In this document: piece by piece, positions 47,900 through 59,440 of the stretch
Layout: every line of letters begins with the position of its first letter
Numbering within the stretch: position 1 is the stretch's first letter
Assembly: GCA_008632985.1 (NCBI GenBank)
Contig: QPGO01000013.1
Span: 496,001-560,000, forward strand
Source: Psammoneis japonica
Taxonomy: Eukaryota
Direction: 5' to 3'
Length of the DNA: 64,000 nucleotides
Notes under the pieces: generated by a model
The model's input: only the letters and a program-made list of their open reading frames with translations
Database searches by the model: none
Told to the model about the DNA's origin: nothing
Program-made: the position numbers and the translations under genes

Positions 47900-48890
47900 C
47901 ACACATTTAGAAAGAGGGGCGCACATCCAAATCTCATCACATGTGAAGTTGTTTTCTGGTGCTGTCTTGGTGCATCTGCTGAAGTCCACCATGCCCAATG
48001 TGTTCTCCAGGGGATGGTTGACCATGGGTCATTCTGTCATTGCTGTGCAAGTGTTTGTGCTGTTGGTGGTCTTGTGGAGTGCCAAAGTTGAAGGTGTGGC
48101 TTCCACATGTGCTGAGCTTTCTTTGTGTGGTTTGCCAACATGTCCGCTGCCTTCTGCAAAAGGGATTCTTTGGACATTGTGTGCCTCTTTGTGCACTTTC
48201 TCCAGTGCTCTGCATGCCCCCCCATGCTTTGATCATGAGTTTCCCTGGGCCCTTCTCTGATGTTTGTGCTTGCTTCTTTGTGATTGCCAGATCACCTGGA
48301 TGGAACTTGTTGCCTGAACGGCTCTTGTTGGTGAGGGTTTGGTGGTGGTTTCTGCAATCTTTGATGAGCAACTTCAATGCAAGTTGCTGTTTTGCCAGGA
48401 GAGGGAAAGTCACACTCACATGTTCTGGCACTTGTTCCCCCTGATTGGTGTTCTCCAGTGGAACTGTTGCTTCTTGGCAAGTGTCAACAGGAAAGGGAAA
48501 ATCATGTCCCATTGCTGCTCTGCTGCTTCCAACAATGTTTGTGCCTTCCACTGGTCCATTCTTTTAAGGATTGGCAGTCTGCAGTTTGTGTGCACTCTGT
48601 CTTGTTCAGATGTTGAAAATGCCTCTCACACAAAACAGCCTTGTGGTGTTTTCTCTTGTTGCTGTGCAGGCTTGCATGCCCAGCAGGCCGCACAGTTGCA
48701 GCGCCAACCCGGCAAACTGTCAACCTGCATCCACAAGCGCAAGTCTTGGTGAACTGCAGAGGGCAGTGATGCCATTTAACTCCCACACCAGTGCAGACTG
48801 GAGTGCTGTCAGCAGCATCTCTGCTGGGCTTGTGCCTCTGGATGGCAAGCCTTGGGCATCATGGTGTTGTCTCCGTCAGCATCATTTAAA
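47900..48890 (-). mobile_element. Degenerate Ty3/Gypsy-like integrase C-terminal region
   Basis: EGTNIV...AAMGHDFPFPVD and FHPGDLAITKKQAQT...GPGKLMIKA resemble integrase C-terminal motifs; frameshifted. Confidence 0.5.
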
Positions 48891-49422
48891 TTAAACACAA
48901 ACAACAAAGTGGAATGTTTGCAATGCAAATGATTTAATTTGCAGGTTTTGCAAGATTGGAGGGTGGGCACTCTCACAGGGAAAATGGTTGGCTGTTTCAC
49001 AGTGAATGGTGTTGCCTCGTGGGACAGCGCTGGGCTCCATGGCAACAAATTTTGTCTTTCACAGTTGACAAATTATCACCACGTACACAGCTGCCAAGGT
49101 TTGAAACCACAGAATTTTTAATCACAAAAGGAAAAAATGTCGCCATGAGAACAGAGGTCTGGATCACTGCAATGCGTGCTCTGATGAACTCCTGGCTGCA
49201 TTGTCTTGCGCAAGCAACTCCCTTGGGACTGCAGCGGTGCTTGGGGCCAGTGGGAATCTAGACAACTGGGGAGCTTCGGACAGTTTTTTGTTTCAAGGAT
49301 TGGACCCAATGAAGCGGTGTCTCTGACTGCTTTCTGTGGGGCTTGAAAGGTGTCCAGTCCAAATTTTGAGAGCTGTTTGGATCTCATCCATGAGTTTTTT
49401 AGCAGCTTGTGGGGATGCTTTC

Positions 49423-49770
49423 TCTCTCTTGATCTCATCTGAAACAGAAAGTCCAGGGCAGCCATTTCTTTGTTGCTGCTGTCATCCATCTTGCTGGCAT
49501 CTGGAGGAGTGTGTGTGGATGGTGCTGCCTTTGGCACCTCTTTCTTTTTGCTCCCTCAAAATGTCTCATGGTTGTTGTTTGTTGTTGCTTTTTTCGTGAC
49601 AGCCAAAGCCCATCAAAAACCTGCAGCTGGGCCAGCTCCAAGCAAGCTCAGCTTGGCTGCTCTGCACTGAGATGGGATCTTGAGGCATCAAGAATCTGAA
49701 CCTCTTTGAACACCATCAACTCTCAAAATGCTGTTTCTTTTACAAATGTTCAAAGAAGAGCAAAAAAGTG
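49423..49770 (-). pseudogene. Hypermutated 5' end and upstream region of the EF-hand membrane protein gene
   Basis: PKAAPSTHTPPDASKMDDSSNKEM vs PKAVPSTYTPPDVNEMDDSSDEEM; aligns to ~53234-53560. Confidence 0.85.
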
Positions 49771-50199
49771 GAACAAACATTTGCCAGCAATTTGCAGTTT
49801 TTGGAATGAATGTTCCGGATGTTTTCCTGGCCATTTGACTGAATTCAGTCAATTTTGAGGAACTGGCTGCATTTGAAAAAAAAAATGGTTGTTGATGCCA
49901 TCTGATGCATGAAAACAATCCATTCATGCCTGAACAACAAAGCAGCACCATTGGATTCATCAAAATGAGCAAAACAAAGTCAAAAAACAAGCTTTTTAAG
50001 ATGGTCATGTTGCGACGGAAAGTTTCTTGCCAAGTTCAGTGGCCACTGCAAGTTTGTTGCTCCGCCTCTGACAAATCATTTGCAAAGCAACTGCTGCATC
50101 AAATGACACCTGGGCCACAAGTGCAGTGTGTGCAAACCCTCCTTTGGCATGTGCTGTGATGATTTCTGCACCTTGGAATTTTTTTCTGTGTGTGGCAGG

Positions 50200-51300
50200 G
50201 TGGCAAGCCTGCAAGTCAACAATGATGATCTGGGGCTGTGTCTTGGTCTTTCATCCTCTTCTCTTGCAAGATGATCATTGAATGTGAGATTGTGGGCAAA
50301 CAGCTTGCAATGTTCAAGTTGCTCTGGGAGTGGATCATTCCAAAAGTCCCGCAAGGCAACAATTCACTCCAACTGCCCCAAGAATGAAAGCATGGGGATG
50401 ATTTGGTCACCACCTCATGCCCAAAGTCTCCTCCAAACTGATTGGACTCTGCCCTTGTTGTGGTCATCAACAGCATGGCTGAATTTGTTGGGATGCTGGA
50501 AGGTGTCGTGCCAGTTCTTGCCATGAACAGTGCACAGCCAAGTCTTCTGTCTGCCAACATGCTCATTGGTGTTGCAAAAAGACATGAGCATCACAACATG
50601 GTTTGGCTCTTTTGTTGCAAATGCATTTGCTGGTGCATTGTTGAGAGTGCCTGCAATGGATTCAGCATTGCTGGCCTGCTTGTCATTGAAGTGCGCAATG
50701 ACTTCATCCCTCTTCTTTGTGTTCCTTGGCCACCAATGCTGATGCTTCTTTGTCAATGCCATGGCAAGCTCACCTTTTGTTCAAAGCTCTGCAATCCCCC
50801 AAAGCACACAAAAGCCACTGTCCAATGCAACAACCTTGGCACTGTTCCAAATGGGTTTTGAGAGTCAAAGCAACAGCCCAGCCATTTTGCCTTTGTCGTC
50901 ATCATGCTTGGGTCTTGGTCTCTCCTGTGGTGCTCATCATTGCCCTCCACCAGCTCAACAGCATGCATTGCACAAGACAATCCACAGCATCTGGCATGAC
51001 ATTCATTTCTAAATGGCTGCAGCTTCCTTGGACAAAATGCAAAGCCAGGGCAGGTGTGTTGGTTCATCCAAATGGACACAGACTCATCAATGCAACTCAC
51101 TCAGCTTGGAGTGAAGTTCTCCATCATGTTGTCATTCCAAGCTTAAATCATCTGCCTCACTTCATGGAAAGGATCATTTTGCAAATTGGGGCCTGCTGAT
51201 CTGTGCATCAGATGCATCTTGGGATTTCCTCAAACCTGTTACATGACATGAGATTACAAAGTTAGAGTGGAGTGCTGTCAAACCTTGTGATTGCCTTGGT
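50200..51300 (-). mobile_element. Degenerate piggyBac-like (DDE_Tnp_1_7-type) transposase
   Basis: CIDESVSIWMNQHTCPGFAFCPRKLQPFRNECH..CCGLS...VELVEG, KKHQHWWPR, KEPNHVVMLMS, AVDDHN. Confidence 0.8.
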
Positions 51301-51466
51301 TGACCAAAAGCCACTGTGCCATGGACCTTGAATGGCAGCCATCAAAAACCACATGCTGATCCAATGCAAGCACTCACCATGCTGCACTCTCTCTCTCTCT
51401 TTGCACATCATTTGCATCAATCTGGGGAACAATTGTGCCCAACACAAACAACTTTGAAAAGAACAA

Positions 51467-52133
51467 TCCATGCTGGAAGATGCAGGCTCATTGTCATTGT
51501 CCTTGTGCCACTGCCTTTGGTTCGTGCACTAGAACAGCATGCCAATGAGTTGTGGAGTGTTTGCACCAACATGCACTGTGGAAAAGGCACCATCGGAACC
51601 ATGTGTTTGTGGCAAAAGGAGCAAACACTCATGGTGGGGTGCTTTCTTGTTTGCAATCAAGTTCACAATGATGATGAACTGTTGGAATGGAACAGCCTTC
51701 ATCTCATCAGTGTGACTCCACAGCAGGATGGTGCAAAGGCCAAGCACACTGTGAATTCGTCAGCATGGGTGGTTTTGTGTGGCAAGCAAGAAGCCAGCTC
51801 ATCCGCCATTTCTGGAGCCTTGCATCACAAGCTGGTCTCCAAGATTTGTGCCTTTGGTGCTGCCACGCCTTCAAGTCATGTAAAGAACCTGGGTCCAACT
51901 GTGGAATCCATCGACAGTGACTTGAGATCCAACATGCACTCTGTCTGTCTCAGCAAGACACTGCAAGTGGCAGAATCCACCCGAACGCCAACAGATGGTG
52001 GGATTGTCAAGCCAACCAAGAAAAAGGTTCCAGGTGGGATGCCAATGGTGGGTTTGGGAGCTGGAGGAGCAGAGCATGCCGCAATGATGAATCAGGCCAT
52101 TCTTCGCGTAAACTCAAAAAGACAGGTATCGAG
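51467..52133 (+). pseudogene. 5'-truncated, hypermutated copy of the capping protein beta gene
   Basis: Colinear with ~34785-35453. VYTDMYYGKGAVGSVYLW has become VCTNMHCGKGTIGTMCLW. 1-nt deletion near 52105. Confidence 0.92.
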
Positions 52134-52285
52134 TAGTGTACTTTCGTCTAATAAGGCTACAAACCATGATAGATTTTTTATCACAGGATTTATATTGGAC
52201 AGATGCCCATGTTACACATGGATCACCATTGTTTTGTATCGTAATAACATTCATTATTCACTGAAGGTGCGTCAATTAAACCGTG

Positions 52286-53377
52286 CTACGCACCAACACC
52301 GCAAAAGTGTCCACAGCCAGAACGCTCATACGACCAGGCTTCCTCTTTCTTCCACTTTTTGAATTCCTCAAAGGAAATTTTTCCATCTCGATTCGAATCA
52401 ATGGAGTTAAACTCACGGATATTATGGAACGTGTCCATGTCAAGGTCAAGCTCGGAAACAATTGCCATGAACCCATCAATGTCAAGGAAACCGTCTTGGT
52501 CGTAGTCGAACTTGCGAAAGTCGATAAACAGAATAGCGTCATCCATTTTGTGGTGGCGAATGCCTTCAATCATTCTAGCTGGATTGCGACCAATGCAAAA
52601 GGCAACCAATCCGACAAAGATGAGGATGGATCCAATAATGGTCGTCTCGAGGGCAGAATGGCTTGCATGAAGCAATCCCAACGAGAAAAGGAAAAGGCCG
52701 CGACCCCATAAAAGTCGCATAAAGCTCAAATGCTTGGTAACGAAAAGCCGAGCTGATGTTGAAAATGATTTCGGGTCTGGGCTCCTAACCTCACAAACCA
52801 AGTACAAGGCGCCCATGATCCAAGAAGCCACTGCAGTCATGCCGTGAGAAATCGTTGTCCAGTTCAAACCCTCACTTAGATACTGGTCATACACGACAAG
52901 AACGCTTGTTAAGTACATTGCAGTCACTGCACAGATACAAAAGTAGCGAATCACCATTGGTCCGTCTTCGGCACGTGACCTTAGCTTTTCGAGTTGCTTG
53001 CTCTTGGAAATGTCCTTGTCGACTGCGATACGTTCCGCCTCCATTTCAGATCCTTGGTAAGGGATTTCCTTCTTATCAGGATCTTGCACTGATTTCACAT
53101 CTTTGTGGGCTACAGATGGACTCGCGATGGCGGAGGGACCCTTTGGTTGCTTGCCCGACAGCACAGTGTCCGTCTCCTTTTTCGGTCCGGAAGCCGCCTT
53201 CTTTTCTTGGTTCTGGTGATTGGAAGCTGCAGCCTCTCGATCGCCTGAAATAGAGTAGTCCAGTACAACCATTTCCTCATCACTGCTATCGTCCATCTCA
53301 TTAACATCTGGAGGAGTGTATGTGGATGGTACTGCCTTTGGCGCCTCTTTCTTTTTGCTCCTTCCAAACAATCTCAT
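52286..53377 (-). CDS. Multi-pass membrane protein (COPI-associated/Tvp15-like) with two C-terminal EF-hands (intact copy)
   Basis: About four hydrophobic segments; FMRLLWGRGLFLFSLG; DYDQDGFLDIDGF and DSNRDGKISFEEF. Confidence 0.85.
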   Translation of the reverse strand: MRLFGRSKKKEAPKAVPSTYTPPDVNEMDDSSDEEMVVLDYSISGDREAAASNHQNQEKKAASGPKKETDTVLSGKQPKGPSAIASPSVAHKDVKSVQDPDKKEIPYQGSEMEAERIAVDKDISKSKQLEKLRSRAEDGPMVIRYFCICAVTAMYLTSVLVVYDQYLSEGLNWTTISHGMTAVASWIMGALYLVCEVRSPDPKSFSTSARLFVTKHLSFMRLLWGRGLFLFSLGLLHASHSALETTIIGSILIFVGLVAFCIGRNPARMIEGIRHHKMDDAILFIDFRKFDYDQDGFLDIDGFMAIVSELDLDMDTFHNIREFNSIDSNRDGKISFEEFKKWKKEEAWSYERSGCGHFCGVGA

Positions 53378-53958
53378 GGCTGCTTCTTTCACGACAGTCC
53401 AAGCCTATCAAAAACAGAAGCTCTAGCTAGACTAGTTCCAATTGAGTTCAATATAACTACTCTGTGACTAGATGGGTTCTTGAGACATTAATCTGCAACC
53501 TCTTTGAACAACCAAACACTCGCTCTGTTCACAAATTTCAACTGCGAAGAGCAAAAAGTGAAAGGAACCTTGGCGATCGATAGTTTTAAGTGAATATCGC
53601 GCTTCGAATGTTAAATCATATTTGGCGATACAAAAATAGTACTTTTCTTGTGACTCGAGAAGCGTTGGGGCAATAATAAAATTTCAATATTATTATATTT
53701 GAACGTATATATATTCCAAGTCACTAATGTTTCAAACGGACGTGATTATGAACATACCGTACGGAAAAGCGCGGGAAAAGACTTCGTCTGTTCCGCGTCG
53801 GTGAAACACGTACTTTTCGCTCATGCTCTTCAGCTTCCCGCCACCTCTCACGCACGTCATTCGCATCTGGAGAATCTTGTCAGCCATCACCGCACATCTT
53901 TAGTCTGTATCACTGCCAACATCGTCACAATTATTTGAAATCACCGTTTGTGTTTGCC

Positions 53959-55162
53959 ATGAAGTTGTCTCTCGCGTTCCTTGCTTCATCCTCGGCGGTT
54001 TTGTCGGTATCGTCCTTTACTGTCCCACCTGCCGCCTTTGCGCCAACGACTCACACTGCTGCTCGGCAAAATGTGATCCTTGATGCGAGCCGAAGGCGCG
54101 ATAAGATCGCATCGGTCACCAAGTGGCTTGAATCGAGAGGGCAGGCCAGCGAAGCCGTCGTTATGGACAAAGTAGAGGCTGGTCTCATGAAAAATGATGA
54201 GGGACTAGAGTACGTCAAGCTCGTTCATCCCGAGACGGGGGCGACCTCCGACGTTTATCTCTATGGTGGCGTCGTGACTTCTTATGTGGATGGTGATGGC
54301 CAGGAATACATTGCCGTCCGCCCCGATGCCAAGATGGATGGATCCAAGCCGATTAGTGGAGGTCTCTCGCACTGCTGGCCTCAGTTCGGACCCGGTGAGA
54401 TTCAACAACATGGATTCGCCAGAAACGTCGATTGGACCGTAAAGTCAATGACCGACACCTCTGTCGAACTCGAGATGGCTCCGTCGGACTACACCAAGGA
54501 AATGTGGGACAAGGAGTTCTTGTGCACCTTTTCCGTCAACCTCGAGGATGACCAGCTATCAACCAAAATGCAAGTTGAAAACACGGGAGAGGAATCGTTC
54601 GACTTCCAGGCGGCGCTCCACTCCTACTTTACGGTATCGTCCATTGACCAGTTGGAGATTGCCGGATCCTTCGAGGGTAAGGAATTCTTGAACAAGATGG
54701 TAGGTGACGAAGGGGAAATGCAGACAGAGGACCGTGATGTCATTACCATTTCCGAGGAATACGATCGCGTCTACAAGGGTGTGAATGATCCTGTGTTGAA
54801 GGACGCTGGAACTGGCAAAACGGTAAGCTACTACACTTGAATATCAAGTGCAAAATTTTTGCTGAACTATTTCTCAACACAAATTCTTGTTCGTTCAAAG
54901 TTGTCGGTGCTCAATACAGCCGGATGGGAAGACACAGTCTTGTGGAACCCTTATGGAAATGAAGGCATGGGATACAACAACTTTGTTTGTGTCGAAAGCG
55001 TCAAGGTAAGGTTCCTGGCGAAACAAGTCTCTCGAATGGCTCATTGCACATCATCTCACTCTTTATTCGCCTTTACCTACAATTCAACAGTTTGACCCTG
55101 TTACGCTTGATGGAGGAGCCTCTTGGACGGGAGATATGGCACTCAAACCTGGAACACTTTGA
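53959..55162 (+). CDS. Plastid-targeted aldose-1-epimerase family protein (glucose-6-phosphate 1-epimerase-like); exons 53959-54822, 54901-55005, 55091-55162
   Basis: PISGGLSHCWPQFG, QHGFARN, FQAALHSYF, DTVLWNP, FVCVE. Presequence MKLSLAFLASSSAVLSVSS-F. Two GTAAG...AG introns. Confidence 0.92.
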
Positions 55163-55439
55163 TGAACGAGCATCCCTTCGTCTGTCTACTGTACCACCGT
55201 AGAAAGCTATTTTAATGTACGTACATCATATCATATTGGCACTCATTCAATATATTATTTATTCTGAATATAAGTATTTTAATAAGTAGATCACAGTATA
55301 AATATTTGTGGATGCAGGGTATGGATTATTCAATCCCGAAATTTGGAAACTCGCTTGCCCTCACTTTTTCCCTGCAAAATGACCAAGACACAGCGGGTCA
55401 TTTTCTTTTCCACATCTATCTCACAACACTCGTTCGACC

Positions 55440-56929
55440 ATGGGATTGTCGAACAAATTGAAGAAGCGTTCAAACCTCCCTGTAGCATCCCCCAGTATAC
55501 GAACACACAAGCCTTCTTCTTCTTCCTCCATTAATACGCAAAAGCTTGTGTTGACGTTTATCTTGCTTCTCGAGATTTTTGCCATTTTGTTCAATTGGAC
55601 GACTCTTTGGCAGTTTGTGGAGGGACCAACGAGAATCATTTATGGTGCTGTCACGCCCAATAATACAGAGAGGAGAAGGAGTCTACGAGTTGTCTATTTA
55701 GACTCTGAAAACAACAATGGTTATTTCGAACCGAAACACAATCGACAAGTACTTCACATTTGGGACGGTGCTCGAGATTTGAATCACCACTTCCCGGACT
55801 TCAAAAGCATCCTGAGGAATCCGGGCACGCTTGACAGCAAGAATGGTGAAGACGTATGCGTCCCCTCTGCCAAATGGCAAACAGAGAGCAATCCAACATG
55901 TAATTCCTTTCACGAATTGGGCTTTGCTTTTGATCGCACGCAAAGTCAAGCAAAAGGCAACGACAATATTCACATGTCGACCGACGACACAATTTTGGAA
56001 CTATTGGGAGTTGGCACGTCGATTCATGCATGGAAGGTAACCAAAGAAGACCCTGATGATCCAGTCGTTCTAAAGACTCTTCAAATTGAATGTAAGAGTG
56101 GCTGTGACTTTAACGACAAATTTTATCACAAGCAAACTTTGGATGCCGTAGCATCGGAGCGATTGACGTTTTCGCCCTATGTGCTTGACGTGTACGGTTT
56201 TTGTGGAATGTCTGTATTGAACGAATTTGGAAGATTTCTCAAAGACGTCAAGAATTTATCAATGGTGGAGAGACTTAAATACTCTCGAGACTTGGCAGCC
56301 GGAATGGCGGATATGCATTCCGTTGGTGGAGCGGATCATGCAATGCTGTGTCACGGTGATTTCAAACCAAGCAATGTAATATTTTCAAAGGACGGGAAGA
56401 ACCTCAAGATAAGTGATTTTAACAAGGGAAGATTCTTAGGATGGAATACCAAGACAAAGGAACCATGTGGCTATCTCAGTGCGCGGTCTGCTGCCGGGGC
56501 TTACATTCTAGCCCCGGAAGAATGGTTTGGCAAAGTCAGGACAGAGAAAACGGACATTTATCATTTGGGTGGTATGATCTATTACTTATTGACAGCAAAA
56601 AAGGTGAGTTTCCTTATTCTAAGCTTATTGTTTGCTATCATGCCATTTTTCCTTCTCTGTATGTAGCCTAGTCTCACCATACTTTGCTCCAGCCGTATCA
56701 CTTGAACGAAAGCGACTTGACGGACAGAGATCGCCGTTTTGAGGAAAAGGGAGACTGGGCGTTGCCTGCCCTGCCGGAAAAGCTTAAGAATGACAACGAC
56801 CCCTCTGTTGTAGCGATGCGAAACGCCATCGGACGAACGGTGTTACAATACCCAAACAACCGCGCCTCAGCAAAAGAAGTGCTGCAGATTCTAAACAGCG
56901 CGCTAGAGAAAGTAGGTGGTAAAAGCTAG
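55440..56929 (+). CDS. Membrane-anchored protein kinase; exons 55440-56603 and 56693-56929
   Basis: N-terminal TM segment; VVLK, CHGDFKPSN, ISDFN, LAPEE, DIYHLG; GTGAGT...CAG intron. Confidence 0.88.
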
Positions 56930-57117
56930 TGCTACAATACAGGCATGCAGCGATATAATGTCTAAAAACACACTACTAGATTAAAAAGGTATCATACTGT
57001 CGTACAAGTATCCACAACACCAAAGTGTGCTCCAGAATCACACCACAACAAACATCGTACGCGAATCTTTTAACAATCGCGCATTCCCCCCACCACTATA
57101 CCATAAACATACATGGC

Positions 57118-58941
57118 TCATAACGGCTGTCCTGTTTCTTCCAACTCTGAGAACAACAGGTCGAGCTCATCGTCGGTGGCATCAGAATTGATGGAAAGAG
57201 ACAGGACATCTCCCACCTCGATATCTCTATTAGCAACAGCCCTTAGAATTACCGTAGGAGAACCAACTTCGTTTCCACTCCCCGTGATTTCTAAGCGACA
57301 ATTGGCGTCTTCCGATTTCATGCCCAAACGGTCCATCATGGCAATGCTGCCAAGCGTCAATATCGCCATGTTGTTGTCTCCATCCCATTGGTCGACACGC
57401 TTCCAGTCCGTATCTTGGCTTTGGGTTTGAACAACCAATTTTCCAGTTTCGCGAAGTCCCCGTAACGTAATGCGACTGGCTCCTCCCAAAACTGCCCAAC
57501 GAAACGTCAGGGGTGCCAATGGAGTGCCGTCCACCACGGATTTGTGCATGAGCAAACCGGGTGCCGTTTCGGCAACGTCACCGGCTTTCATGGCAACTTT
57601 GGCAACCACACTGCCATAACCAGCGTCCAGGTCGGGGTGCAACATGTCCACTGCGTTACCGGGATAATAGTGGGGAGCTGTCCCAGCCAAAACGTCCTCT
57701 TCAAATGTTTCAAGACCATATCCAGCATATGACTTAGAGCAACCGTCCGCCATGCGTTGCTCCATTTCCTCGGGTGAAAGCATGGTTTCTTCCCTCGTCA
57801 GTGTTTTACGCTCCAAACGTCGTGTCGAGAACCAGTTTCCACCGCCATCGTCGAGTCCATACGAACTGAACAATTCCTCTCCGGCCTTGATATCGCGCAA
57901 CGCGGTAAAACCAACAGCCTTGGCTGCATCCGGATTCTCATCGGTGGGTTCCTGCCCGAATCCCATCCACTTCATATTGGGCGTCACGGCATGATTGTTC
58001 AGCATGATGAATCCCAACGACACAGCCGCCTTGGATTCACCCGTGTTCTCACGGACATAACCATAAATGTAATCGTCCAAGACGCTATTCTTAACAGTGG
58101 GAACACCGTACTCCATGGGTACATAGAGGGGAGTCAGCTCGACAATGTCATTTTGCTTAAAGTCGTGTGCCGCAAACACTCCGTATCCACAGTCGGAAAG
58201 CTTGGAGGGTGCCCAAAAAATGTGACATTGTTGCCACCCCTCTACCTTTTCAGGCTCGAACAGAGACCTTACGTTCTGAGCCAAGCTTTCCAAAAGAGCT
58301 CCAGGACTGAACAAAAAGTCATCAAACAACTCACAAGCGTCAAAACAAGGTTCTGCGATGGAGTCTGGCAGAAATTGACAGGAAGAGCACACGGCCAACG
58401 TCAGGGAAACCAGTAAAACCGTAAATGCTACGATGCGCTTGAGCTTTGAGAAAACGCCAGAAGTAGTTTTCGGGGCAGTTTGCTCCTTCTCAGGACTTTC
58501 CGATACAGCTTCTGGTGTCTGTTGTGACTTGGGCTGTGCTTTCGTGGGCTTCTTTTTCGTTTTCGGTGTCGCTGCTGCTGCTTTTTTCTTTGGTGACGAG
58601 GCCTTTTTCGCAACTGGAGCTGGAGGAGGAGGGGGTGAGCTCAATTCTGTCTTTTGTTTCAACTCCGTCTTGGCCCATGCCGCTGCTCTCGCTTCTGCCT
58701 CCTTTCGTTGCTGTTGTTTGGTCAACTTTTTCGGAGTCGACGTTGACTTCTTCTTGAGTTTCGCTGCCGCTTGTTTTGTAGCAGCCACAGCAGCCACCGA
58801 TGGAGCATTCTTTTTGCGTTCCTGTTGTTCTTGTGCCCACGCTTGAGCTCGATTCAAAGCTTCTTGCTTTTCCCTCTCTGTCATTTTCTTCTTCTTTGGA
58901 GTACCATTGGTATCCGATGCCTTGCGTTTTTTTGGTGGCAT
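57118..58941 (-). CDS. SET-domain protein with Lys-rich N-terminus, TM segment and a second degenerate SET-like repeat
   Basis: GYGVFAAHDF, MLNNHAVTPN, ALRDIKAGEELFSSYG; later GYGSVVAK...ANRDIEVGD. Confidence 0.85.
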   Translation of the reverse strand: MPPKKRKASDTNGTPKKKKMTEREKQEALNRAQAWAQEQQERKKNAPSVAAVAATKQAAAKLKKKSTSTPKKLTKQQQRKEAEARAAAWAKTELKQKTELSSPPPPPAPVAKKASSPKKKAAAATPKTKKKPTKAQPKSQQTPEAVSESPEKEQTAPKTTSGVFSKLKRIVAFTVLLVSLTLAVCSSCQFLPDSIAEPCFDACELFDDFLFSPGALLESLAQNVRSLFEPEKVEGWQQCHIFWAPSKLSDCGYGVFAAHDFKQNDIVELTPLYVPMEYGVPTVKNSVLDDYIYGYVRENTGESKAAVSLGFIMLNNHAVTPNMKWMGFGQEPTDENPDAAKAVGFTALRDIKAGEELFSSYGLDDGGGNWFSTRRLERKTLTREETMLSPEEMEQRMADGCSKSYAGYGLETFEEDVLAGTAPHYYPGNAVDMLHPDLDAGYGSVVAKVAMKAGDVAETAPGLLMHKSVVDGTPLAPLTFRWAVLGGASRITLRGLRETGKLVVQTQSQDTDWKRVDQWDGDNNMAILTLGSIAMMDRLGMKSEDANCRLEITGSGNEVGSPTVILRAVANRDIEVGDVLSLSINSDATDDELDLLFSELEETGQPL

Positions 58942-59188
58942 TGTATTGTCTCTTCTGCTGTTTGTTGTCTTGTCGATTACTACACTCTCGGCGTCAATGT
59001 CCCAAGATTACGCGTGAAGTGAGAGAAGTGAGGCTCTGAACGTCACGCGTCCCGCCCGCGGGTCTGAGGTCATTTTTTGACTGATGACACCTGACCGACC
59101 GGCGCTCATCTCGGATCGATGCACGTAGAAACGACACTGCAAAATACGTGCAGGACATTCCCATCATCTATTCTCAAGTAAGAGAGGG

Positions 59189-59440
59189 TTACAGTACGGC
59201 GCGCCCTCTACTCATCTTCTTCTGAGTGCAATCGGGGTCAAGTTTCATGTCCGTCTGACAAAGCCATTTGTCGCCTTTTTTGACGTTACAATCCTCACAA
59301 CATAAGACATAGTTCTTAGCTAAGTCTAATCCGTGAGAGTGGCTTCTCGGAATTACATGATCTATGGTGGCGTTTCTTTTGCTTGGTTCTAAGCAGAGCA
59401 GTGGTCGGCACACGTGTTGCACACAGTGCAAAATGCAAGA
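59189..59440 (-). pseudogene. HNH endonuclease domain fragment at the domain boundary
   Basis: TIDHVIPRSH...NYVLCCEDCNVKKG; upstream part lies in TA/CG-depleted DNA. Confidence 0.7.

Larger units (their letters stand above)
42490..52100. other. CpG/TpA-depleted degenerate domain 3 (nested TE remnants plus gene fragments)
   Basis: Same signature; CG loss is less complete in 42.5-43.7 kb and 46.0-46.7 kb. Confidence 0.88.

Noticed and set aside
36100..52100. Classical fungal RIP as the explanation
   Set aside because: RIP raises TpA and depletes CpA/TpG; here the reverse holds, and some duplicated segments are untouched.
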